A stretch of 64,000 nucleotides of DNA from Sphyrna mokarran (Eukaryota), in contig JAGIQG010000009.1 in the NCBI GenBank assembly GCA_024679065.1, forward strand, positions 41,726,001-41,790,000. The letters run 5' to 3'. Both the position numbers and the translations under genes were made by a program. The notes under the pieces were generated by a model. That model made no database searches and was not told the DNA's origin. It worked only from the letters and a program-made list of their open reading frames with translations. Below, one piece after another: positions 53,851 to 64,000 of this stretch. Positions within the stretch are counted from its first letter, which is position 1, and every line of letters starts with the position of its first letter.

Positions 53851-54012
53851 CTGGGAAGTTGCATTGTCCATAACACTAGCTTCATCCACAGGGATTTCTT
53901 TACCATTCTCCAATAGTTGCCGACAACAGACCAAAGTAAATGGAGCAGCAGCCTCTTTCAGAAAGCAAACCACCTCACGCCGTGATTTTCCATACAGCTG
54001 CTTTCCATTCAC
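53851..54012 (-). CDS. PATJ: PATJ coding exon, PDZ4 C-half ([34 protein letters not shown]...ATSQ)
   Basis: 162 nt inside ORF 53842..54027, ttcag| and |gtgagt. Matches human '[32 protein letters not shown]'. Confidence 0.95.
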
Positions 54013-54670
54013 CTGAAAGGCAGTCAAATATTTCAGTTCCCCTGTATGTCATATTTAGTAAAATTTTTCAAATGATGAAATCAAAATGGAATTATTTTTT
54101 ATTCCTCAGGATGCTTCTAAAAATTCACCAGATTTAATACACAAAACACATCTGCAAGTTATCATTCAGCTTTGCTTGTACAAATTCTTACATCGCATAG
54201 CATTTTCTAATGCTATGCACTTGGCATACAGACGTAAATCACTAAACTTTACTCTCCAAATGAACAGTTTGCAATTTACATTAATCATTAAGTGATAGGA
54301 CCAGAACTATTGAGAGACTCCATTAAAGTGCTTATTCTCTCAAAAATGGTATTTCAATAACTTGATAGTGTTACTTTAAATTTCCTCCTCCATGGCTAAT
54401 TATTAAATTAGGAACAATGAAGGCTTACAGAATAGCCAACTTTATCAACAACTAATGAGTAATAGAACTATTTGACAAAACTCTTACAAAATTTGGGTTC
54501 CTCATGATGAAAACTATAGTGCTCTCCTTCCACGCAGTAAAACAAATCTCAGTACTAATTTTGACAAATTAGTATGACTCAACCAGCAGCAAAAGAAATT
54601 TAGAAAATAGTGCAAAAGGCAAAACATCATCCTAAGCCTTTATAAACAGTAACATACATCGTACTACATA

Positions 54671-54957
54671 GAGCGGCACGGTGACACAGTAGTTAGCACT
54701 GCTGCCTCACAGCAGCAGGGACCCGGGCTTGATTCCCAGCTTGGAATCTGCACATCCTCCCCATATCTACATGGGTTTCCTCTGAGTGCTCTGGTTTCCT
54801 CCCACGGTCTAAAAGACATGCTGGTTATGTGCATTGGCTATGCCAAATTTTCCCTCAGTGCACCATAACAGGCACCAGAATATGGAGACAAGGGGATTTC
54901 ATTGTAACTTCATTGTAATGTTCATGTAAGCATATCTGTGACACTAATAAATAAACT
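54671..54957 (+). mobile_element. V-SINE (HE1-like)
   Basis: Head gcggcacggtgacacagtagttagcactgctgcctcacagc, V-domain core and ...actaataaataaa tail. Confidence 0.88.
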
Positions 54958-55249
54958 TCTAAAAAAAAAACTTTATTGTGGGATGCCTGGAATCATTTTT
55001 CTTTTCCTTGATAAGGCTACCTGGACTTAAACAATTAGAAATATGATCAAACATTTCATAAAACTACACACCTGAAACTACCAAATAGTTAATACTGTGA
55101 TAACCTGTGATTCTGTTCAGATAATATGATTGTCACATGACTTTGCAGAACAGCAACGCTACAAAAATATATCTGACCTAAAAGAAAGATTTAATCATTA
55201 CCAAACCACAGAGTGATATCACATGAATATCTTTTTTTAAAAACTATAC

Positions 55250-55384
55250 CTCTAAAATTTCATCTTGTAATTGTAATAATCTAGTTTGACCTATTGGCCC
55301 ATCAGGAACAATTGATGATATGTAATGATGTCCATCAAATGAGTCCAGCTCCACTCCAAACCTCAAGGTATGAATTGGTAACAG
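55250..55384 (-). CDS. PATJ: PATJ coding exon, PDZ4 N-half ([45 protein letters not shown])
   Basis: 135 nt, tttag| and |gtatag. Close match to human '[26 protein letters not shown]...EDELLE'. Confidence 0.95.
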
Positions 55385-55539
55385 CTAAATTAAAACAAAA
55401 GTCAAATGTGAGGATCAATACACGAAATTGTCAATGTTTAAGATTTCCACTAAGCTAAGATCAAGGTTTTTCTGTCCTGTTGTTCCATGTTCTTGTTGCA
55501 TCATGATCTTTGAAGTTAAAGAAAAATTTGAGTATCAGT

Positions 55540-55970
55540 GTTATCTCGCATAAAACAATCTCAAATCAGAGCTAAAAGGTCATGGCTTCAAGTACTTGTA
55601 TAAAAATATAAGCACATAAACTAAGTGGCACTTCACTGTAGCATTCAGGGAATGCCGCACTGTCAGAGGAACTGTCTTTCAAATGATACATTAAGCAAAG
55701 AATGTGTTTTCTTTTTCAGGAGAATATAAAAGTCATCAAGAACAATATTCAAAGAAGAGCAGAGGAGTTCTCCTGGTGCCCTGTCACCGTTTATATCAAC
55801 ATATGAAATGGATAAATCCAACATTTACTTCACTAGTGCTCTGGGATCCTGGTATGTGCAAGTTGGCTAATTACAATTGGTGATTAAATTTCAAAAAGTT
55901 CATCTTGTAAAATTTAAAATGCTCGGGGATACACTGAGGCCATTAAAGATTTGATTACAAGTGCATATTT
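55540..55970 (+). mobile_element. DeuSINE (AmnSINE1/SacSINE1-like)
   Basis: Deu-domain-like text gcactgtcagagga..gtctttc ... aagaagagcagaggagttctcctggtgccctg. Confidence 0.7.
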
Positions 55971-56552
55971 CTTCTTCTTTCTCAAGAGTAAATAGGATTT
56001 TGTAATAAAGATTCACCTTTCAACCAAAACTTTGACAGTAAATCAGTCTTATCATTTTTAAATTCCCATACACAATAAAACATATACATTTTCTGTTCCA
56101 CCTTTACAGGAATCGTAGTGGGTAAGGGGTGGACCATGAAAAGATCCTTTGACTTTGGATGGCTTTTTCTATTTCACGGCCAGCATTGCCAGAAAATCCT
56201 GCCCAAATTATCTTGATTTTTCATTAAATTTATAGATTTTGACATTTTTTTGCAATATGTTACAATAATGAGGTTTTAAAGATTGTGATATTTTGGGACT
56301 GTGTCATTAATTTAAAAACAAAAATAATGAAGAGGGGGTCACATAACCTATTCTGAACACTATCCGACACAAGCTTGAGTGGTTTGTTAGGGATTATACT
56401 TCTAGGAAGAAAGTGCAAAATCTTGACACTTGGAAACAATGGCAGTAGCATATGTGCTAAGCGTGGATAAACTGTGACTTCCCAAAATCCAAGAAACATT
56501 TTGAGAATATTGGGTCATAAACTTTAAATTGTCCACTTATTTGCAAAGTCAC

Positions 56553-57649
56553 AATTTCCTTCTGGTTACAAGGCTCATGAGATTCATGTTGCCATGGAGA
56601 TAGAAACCTTTCCCCTTTCAAAGAATTAGGTATCTGTGAAATTCACAGGCAAGGTTAATCTGCCAGGATCCATGACAGAGAAAGCAGCAACTGACTCAAG
56701 ATGCTGTGGTTCACTAGAAAGGAGCGTGGGTTGAAGCTCCTGCTTGCATTGTGACGAGTTGAAACAAGACAGAGAGGTAGCGTGAGATAGAAAAAGAATC
56801 TCTGGGGGAAGAAAAGCTCACTATGAATGACAAATTAAAAATTCCCAGGCTGTGAAAGCAAAGGACAAAAGTAAATCTCAGGGACGCCTTGTCATTGTTG
56901 TACAAGAATTTAATGTATATTAAAGACAGAGTAAAGTATATTTGTGAAATACATTTTCAGTTATGTGAAAAGAAAATGAGGAATGCTTATTTTGAGGTTT
57001 AAAGTATAAGTTGCTTATAAAAATAATGTTTAGTCTTTTAGTTTTTTGTTACAGTAAAAGTCTCAAAACTTGAAATCTTGTATCATTCGTTTAGTGATTA
57101 ACAGGAAGTTCATGTTTATTTTTAAAAGTTATCCATCTTGATAACTTTTTAACAAACTGTTGCACAGAAGAATCTAGCAAATACCCAAATAAACAATAAA
57201 TATTTTAGTCTTCTGGCTGCTTTCTTAAAAATGGAGATGAACTTTATTATACTTACTATCACATAATCCAATGTTTCTAGTTGATGAAACTAATACATCC
57301 AAACTGGACTTTGGACAAAGATTCCTTAAGGAGGTGGAGATTATTCAGCTTCTATATTGCTTCCTGTTGGGAACTGGTCATGAACTCTGCAATGAATTGA
57401 TTTTCTCACAACTTTCACCTTCAGATAACACTTTCTCACTAATAGCTTGCTCATCAGTGCTTAGTTTGGGTTCCCCTTTTCAACCCACATTCCCTTCTAG
57501 TGAACCACAGCATCTTGAGTCCAGTTGTCATGGATCCTGGCAGACCAACCTTGCCTGTGAGTTTCACAGATACCTCAGGCTTTGAAAGGGGAAGGGTTTC
57601 CATCTCCATGGCAACATGAATCCCATGAGCCTTGTAACCAGAAAAAATT
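56553..57649. repeat. Inverted repeat, arms 56553-56735 and 57479-57649
   Basis: The arms are reverse complements over ~170 nt with one ~10-nt indel. Spacer ~740 nt. Confidence 0.92.
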
Positions 57650-58080
57650 ATGAATAGCCAAACACCATTACAGCTTTGCTCCACGCATGGGCAAAAGAGC
57701 AGAATTCCAGAGATGAAATGAGTGTGACTGTCTTTGATGTCAAGCATTTTGCCCAGCATGGCGTCAGTAACACCAGGCAAAATTAACATAATTGGGAATC
57801 AGACAAAAACCTCTCTTCTGATTGTGATCATGTCTCACACAAAGGAAATAAGTGTGGTTGTTGATTGAAGGTCAATCATCTCAGCTACAGGACATCACTA
57901 CAGAAGTTCCTCAGGTGGTGTCCTAGGCCCCACCATCTTCAGCTAGTTTATCAATGACTATATCTCCAGAACTGATGATTGCACACTGTTCAGTTCCGCT
58001 TAGCCTTTCAAATAATAAAGCATTCCATGCATCAACATTTGGATATGATAGGGCAGATAATTGGCAAGTAAGATTTGCAC
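57650..58080 (+). mobile_element. CR1-clade RT fragment
   Basis: 'PQ..VLGPTIFS.FIND' and 'ADDCTLF' remnants at ~57905-57990. Confidence 0.65.
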
Positions 58081-59153
58081 AATAGAAATTCTCACATCAG
58101 GTTTGGTATTTCTACTGTTGGTACTGATGTGGGAGAATCATTTGGAGTGGCTACTTTAAGTATTTAAGCAGTGCAATCTTAAGGTTTACATTCACTTGGT
58201 AACTATGACACATCAATTCACTTTTGTACTTGAAAATCAGTGGCAGGTATACTCTGTTCCTCTTAATTCAACCAATATCTGTCTGAATTATATATAATAT
58301 TGGAATCGTGTCTTTCCCTTTTATTGTTATAGCAATTCTTGGATTTTTTTTCTCTCATCAAGCTTAATTATTTCTTGATCACTAGATTATAGCTGTAACT
58401 CAATATGATTGGTTAAAGAAACTTAGACATTACAATTCACCCTTTTAAACAACCTGATATGTCAATTTTTTATGTTATTTCAGACTGCAATCCACAATTG
58501 CTGCTGTAGGCTTAATCTTTTTGCACCATTAACTCAGCTGTTAAATGTAGCTACAATTGGAGTTGTTCTGCAACTTTACAAAGAGGAAAATGGTGTTCTT
58601 CTTTCAGAACTTTTTTTTTGCTGGTTATGCAGCTCCTTCACATTAGTCTGAGAACAACAATTAGTCAAACTGAGCTCTCAGGGTCAGCTATTGTGCATGA
58701 ATAGCATTTCAATCTCACTGTATCAGGTCATCGTAGATATCCCAATATTCTTCAGCCTTTCAGTATTAAAGCTTGTTATGCACAACAAATGCAATTTGGA
58801 ATGATGTGCAATAACCACATAGTCCTATTGATTCACACAGCAATCTACCAAGTTTTTTCTGGGAGTTACACCTTCACCAAAGTGACATCTGAAGTTGCTT
58901 TACTCGCCTGATAAAACACATGTCACAATATCTTTTCATGTTATTGCTGACACCTGAACGCCACATGCCTGCTTTTTCTGAGAATTCTATAAATCTTCAC
59001 TGTTCTCATGAGTGCAGTGAAGATTTTGCTCTTCAAGTCACCAACTTAAAACTTTCACTCAGTGAGAAGGCAGAGAAATGGGACAATTGTTAAACAAAAT
59101 AAAAAATTACTGATTTCAGGCGTTAAAGCTTTGCAAGTATAGAGTGTCATTAC

Positions 59154-59210
59154 CTTGGAGTATTTCTGCAGTTCCACGTCATCATATGTCTCAATGTCCA
59201 AATTAAGTAC
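59154..59210 (-). CDS. PATJ: PATJ coding exon (VLNLDIETYDDVELQKYSK)
   Basis: 57 nt, cttag| and |gtaatg. Resembles human 'VATLDTQIADDAELQKYSK', a segment typical of PATJ rather than MPDZ. Confidence 0.92.
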
Positions 59211-60351
59211 CTAAGCATAAATAAGAAAAATAGTGAGTTAATTTGGCTGAACTTAGCAAATGAACATTACATTTTCACTTATATATTAACCTAATTATTC
59301 ATGAATGTTGCAGATCAACATTCCAAGCAAAACTGGAGTTTTAATTGTCTGGAGGGAATATTCTCAATTGTGAAACATATACATATAAAATCATTTTCTG
59401 AGTTTGTTTAGAAAGAATAAAAAAAGCTGAAAATAATTCAAGAAGATGAACTTATTGGACTTAATGCAGTTTAAAAAAAAAAACTAGTCATGGAAAAGAT
59501 AATATAACTTAAGACAGATAAAGTAGATCCTTCTCTATGAATGGTATGCTTTGTCTGTGTAGGGTGCAAGAAATAATACTTTTCACTGTATACTGATACA
59601 TGTGACAACAATAAATCAAATCAAAATAAATCTACAAGACCTAATAATTTTTACCTCAGTAAAAGAATTAAGTTTTAAAGGAACATGGTGATGAAATCAT
59701 ACATATGTTAATCATTATATCCAAACTCTTCTCCTGGTCTTACGTTAGCTGACATATTAAGTGATTCCCTTGCTCAGGCACTGTCCATCTCCACTTCAGA
59801 AGTGCTGCCATGAACTTCATCCCTCAAGAAGGAAAAATCTTGACATCTTTCTATTACTGCAAACTACTTCTTCATTTCTAACCTTAATTTTTTATAGCTT
59901 TGTCAGTGGTCAGACTAGGGATGCTGAGGAGATGATAAACTTGAAGAGGTAACCAGATAGGAGAGTTTATTATAACTAAAGGGATTTAGGGAGTACGAAA
60001 AGATGGTGAATTGAAGACAAAGGGAATTGAAATCAACAACAATGTGAAAGCTGTGAAAGATAACTTGGAGAAACAATTATCATCAACAGCAAATAATTTT
60101 CCTTGCAACATTACATTTAGCGTTTACTGATACTATAAAACATCAATTCAGTTTTTTGGTTGTCTATTTTTAGAATATACAGGTCTCCATACCAGAAGTT
60201 AATCTGAATCCAATAACAACCAGGTTATAGGTTCTGTTTCTGTGCACAAATGCAGCCATATTTCTGTGTTAATCCAGCATTTGCATTTTTTTATTTCTGA
60301 TTTCTAGTATCTTGTTTTTATAAATCTGAATGCAATCACTTCAAACAAGAT

Positions 60352-62680
60352 ATTTTCTTTATTCCTTCACAGGACGAGGACATCATTGGTTCAGGCAGTA
60401 TTTTTTATTGCCCAACCCTAAATGCCCTTGAGAAGATGGTGGTTAGCTGCTTTTACTTTCACCTGCCTTTCAAGTGGTAAAGGTTACAGGCTTGGAAGGT
60501 ACTGCTGAAGATCAGTTGCGATAGTGCATCTCATGGATTATGCACACTGCTAACCCAATGTATCGACAGCCGAGGGAGTGGATGTTGAAAGTGGTGAATG
60601 GGTGCCAATCAAGGGGCAAGCTCTGTCCTGGATGGTGTTAAGCTTATTGCATGTTATTGAAGTGGCACTATTCTAGGTAAATGCACAGTATTCAATCACA
60701 CTCTGGATTTGTGGCTTGCAAATGGTGAACACGCATCAGGAAGCAGGTTACTTACTATGACATTCCCACCTCTGACCAACTCTTGTAACTACAACATACC
60801 TGGGCCAGCTCAACTTCTGGCTAATGGCAACATTCTGATTGTTGATAGTAGGGGATTTAGTGATTGTAATGCCATCGAATAATAAGGGAAGATGGTTAAA
60901 TTCTCTTGTTGGAGATTCTCATTACTGACAGTCGTGTAGCATGAATATTACTTGCCCCTTATGAAACCAAGACTGAAAGTTGTCCATATTTTGCCAAAAA
61001 TGGAGACAGACTATTTCAATACTGGAGGAGTCAGGAATGGTGCAATCATCAACAAACATCTCAATTCTAACCTTAAGGTGAAGGGAAGGTCATTGACAAA
61101 GCAGCTCAAGATGGTTGGACCTAGAACACTGCATAAGGACCACCTGCTCTGATGTCCTGGGACTGGGATGATTGACCTTCAACAATGACAACCACCTCCT
61201 TTTATATTGGATAAGTCTCTAACAGGCAGAGCGCTTTGCCCCCAATTCTCATTGATTCTAGTTTTGGTATAGTTCCTTGCTTATGCACTCAATCACATGC
61301 TATCTTGATATCAAGACAGTCACTTCTGATTTTCAGTTCTTTTGGTCATTTTGGACTGAGTTGTGATAAAGCCAGGAGCTTCGTCGGGATGGTGGAACCC
61401 AAACTGAACATCAGTGAGCCAGTTATTGCTGAGTGAGTAGAGCTTGATAGCACTGTCGATATTCCACTTTGTTGATAATCCAGAATAGACTGATTAAATG
61501 ACAAATGGCCGAGTTGGATTTGTCCTGCATTTTATTGACAAGACATACATGGACAACTTTCCACATTGCCAGGTAAATGCCAGTGTTGTAGCTGTCCTGG
61601 AACAGCTTGGCTATTGGTGCAGCCAGTTTTAGAGCAGAAGGTTTCAGTGCTATTGCTGGAACGTCCTAAGGCCCATTGCCTTTGCAGTATCCAGTGACTC
61701 CTGTAGTTCCATGATATCACCAAGAGTTAAACAAATTGATTAAAGACTGACACCTGTCATGCTGGGGATCTTAGGAGGAGACCACAATTGGATCATCTAC
61801 TTGGCAAATCTGGCTGAATATTGTTGTAAATGCCTCAGCCCTGTCTTTGGCATTGATGTGCTGGACTCCCTATCATTAAGGAATATTTATGGATCCACTT
61901 CCTCTTATTAGTTGTTTCATTGTCTCCCACCATTCATGACTGGATGTGGCAAGACTACAGACTTTAGGTCTGATCTGCTGGTCATGGAATCACTTATCTC
62001 AAACTATGACATGCTTTTCGCCAAGGAAGTAGTCATATGTTGTAGCTACACCAGATTGACACTTCATTTTTAGGCTTGCCAGATGGCAAACCAGGCTTGC
62101 CTGGTATGCCATCCTGCACTCTTCATTGAATCCCCTGGTTTAATGATGCGAGCATAGTGGGTGATATGGTGGACCATGAGATTACAGATTGTACAATTTT
62201 GGTGCTGCTGATAATACCCAGTATCTCATCAAAGCCTAGTTGAGTTATCAGATCTGTTTTTTACAATGGTAGTGCCACATAACACGATGGAGGGTATCCT
62301 CAACGTGAAGATGGGATTTTGGGATACACAGGAATGGTGATGGTGGTGTATAACTATGTCAGGCTGTTGTTTGGCTAATTTTGACGCAAGCCCCAGATGT
62401 TAATGAGGAGCATTTTGTAAAGTCAAAAGGACTGGGTCAGTTTCATTTTTTATAGACTTTGACAACTGCTCCCTGGAATATTCTAGCGTTGGTGGTTCTA
62501 GAAAGGCAAAGAGGAAAGTATGTGAATCAAGCGGGTTTTTATCACAATTGGCAATGGTTTCATAATGGTCTTTTACCAAGACCAGCTTTCTTGTTCCAGA
62601 TTTATTTACTGAATTGTACCAAGTACCATGTTGGGATTTGAACCCATGTTACCAGAGCATTAACCTGGGCCTCTGGGCAG
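60352..62680 (-). mobile_element. CR1-clade LINE, 5' head to 3' end with internal deletions
   Basis: 3' end at ~60355. RT remnants at 60600-61450. Endonuclease start 'NIWGL...KQQPDIVI' at ~62350-62405. B box GGTTCAAATCCC at 62644-62633. Confidence 0.7.
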
Positions 62681-63041
62681 GACATACAGTGGCAACTTTT
62701 CATATTGCCAGGTAAATACCAGTGTTGTGGTTGAGGCCGAATGGCCTCCTTCTGCACTGTACGGTTCTATGATTATCATTACATCACCACCTCCCTTCAG
62801 AATTTACCAGAATTAGTTCAGAAGAACACTCCTAAAACGTCTTCAACTTCCATTGAAATCATGGTTCTCCCTAATATAGGCACATTGACTAAGTTGACTT
62901 ACCAGATTATACTTATAAATAGAAATTACGATTTCCTCAAATAAAATAAAAAAATATTTATCATCATTGATTTCATTGCATTGTATTATTGTTTTCTCAT
63001 ACTAAATCTTTGTCAATTAGAATGATGCTAGAAAATCATAC

Positions 63042-63118
63042 CATCACTTCATACTGTGGTCCCAACAAATATTCCCATCTGGATTTCAATTCTTCTCTTG
63101 TTGGAACAAGTTCAAATC
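63042..63118 (-). CDS. PATJ: PATJ coding exon, linker before PDZ4 (FELVPTREELKSRWEYLLGPQYEVM)
   Basis: 77 nt, ttttag| acceptor and |gtatga donor. Matches human PATJ 'ELKSRWENLLGPDYEVM' from memory. Ends in phase 0, in frame with the next exon. Confidence 0.9.
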
Positions 63119-64000
63119 CTAAAATTAAAATGCATCAAGTTAATTTGCTGTTATTAATTATATATAACCTATAAAATAAATCAATAGTGATCAAATTCGC
63201 TACAATAGCAGTAAGTGCTACATGAGAAATATTATATAACACTTCTAAACACAATCAAAGTCTACAATATATTTGAGCTTTTAACCCAGCAGTGACGGTT
63301 CAGTTCAACAATGAGGGAAGGGGGTGCTACATTTAGTTGTGCTCAACTTTAATTAGGAATGTTCTGCATTTTTTTTAGAATTACGTGTACCTATCAAGGA
63401 TTCTCCACAGAGTTCCTGAACTGGCTACTGACACTGAGGTCTGAGTCTACTAACCCCAAGGACAAACATGCATCAAGTTAACTTTCTATGCATATTATGA
63501 TGTGATTAATTTTCTTGTGCATTGTGCTGACTCTTGCATTTACATAATACTGGAGCGAATTTCACAGGAATTAGTGTTCCAGAAACACAGTAGAAAGAAG
63601 CATTGAAAAATGTTATGTTCATTGCAAGCAAAATATCAAATATGACAGAATATTTTTAAAAATTAGTAAAATTTTAGAGGGCTGATTGAGTTTTTATTTT
63701 CCTTCAGTGGCATTCAGCACAGAAAACATTCAGCATTAATCTCAAAATGATAAAAGAGTAAAGGATGCATTTGGAATCATGATTTTCAAATAAAATTGTG
63801 ACTTGAATTCTCAAATTATTTTTAGAATTTCTTTCTAAACACTCTGCTGGATTTTTCCAGCATTTTGTTTTTATTTCAGATCTTCGTCATCTTCAGTATT
63901 TTGCTTTTACTCCCAAAACAGTAAATGATTCAATAACCAATTAATGTTGTTTTGAAAGTGCTGTTTTGGAAGGAATGTTTGTCAGGAGTTATGACTTCTC

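Noticed and set aside
54671-54745. tRNA-like sequences here and at other SINE heads
   Set aside because: They continue into V-SINE bodies and tails, so they are SINEs, not tRNA genes.
10674-63118. Assignment to MPDZ (MUPP1) instead of PATJ
   Set aside because: '[15 protein letters not shown]', '[11 protein letters not shown]' and 'LYGKSRRE' match PATJ as I recall it. MPDZ PDZ4 differs here.

Overview
Eukaryotic, AT-rich, repeat-dense genomic DNA. The V-SINE/HE1-type SINEs, CR1 LINEs and DeuSINE point to a cartilaginous fish, probably a shark (inferred, not proven). The window is the interior of one large minus-strand gene, PATJ (INADL). Eight coding exons have canonical GT-AG ends and join in frame across the PDZ3-4 linker, PDZ4, PDZ5 and the acidic linker after it. 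A ninth, 69-nt symmetric candidate exon has no counterpart in human PATJ as I recall it. The introns hold layered transposon fossils: CR1, L2, RTE, Rex1/Babar and L1/Tx1-like LINEs, three Gypsy LTR remnants, Harbinger derivatives, Penelope-like palindromes and SINEs. Most listed ORFs are TE fragments or spurious. I found no prokaryotic-type system (operon, CRISPR, rRNA). Best leads: the extra exon with RBFOX motifs; a LINE family with a tRNA-like head directly ahead of its endonuclease (two copies); a sense-strand bias of intronic LINEs; a long intronic inverted repeat; a templated-insertion scar; and a probable assembly artefact at 3.7-4.5 kb. TE boundaries are approximate and all homology calls are from memory, not database searches.
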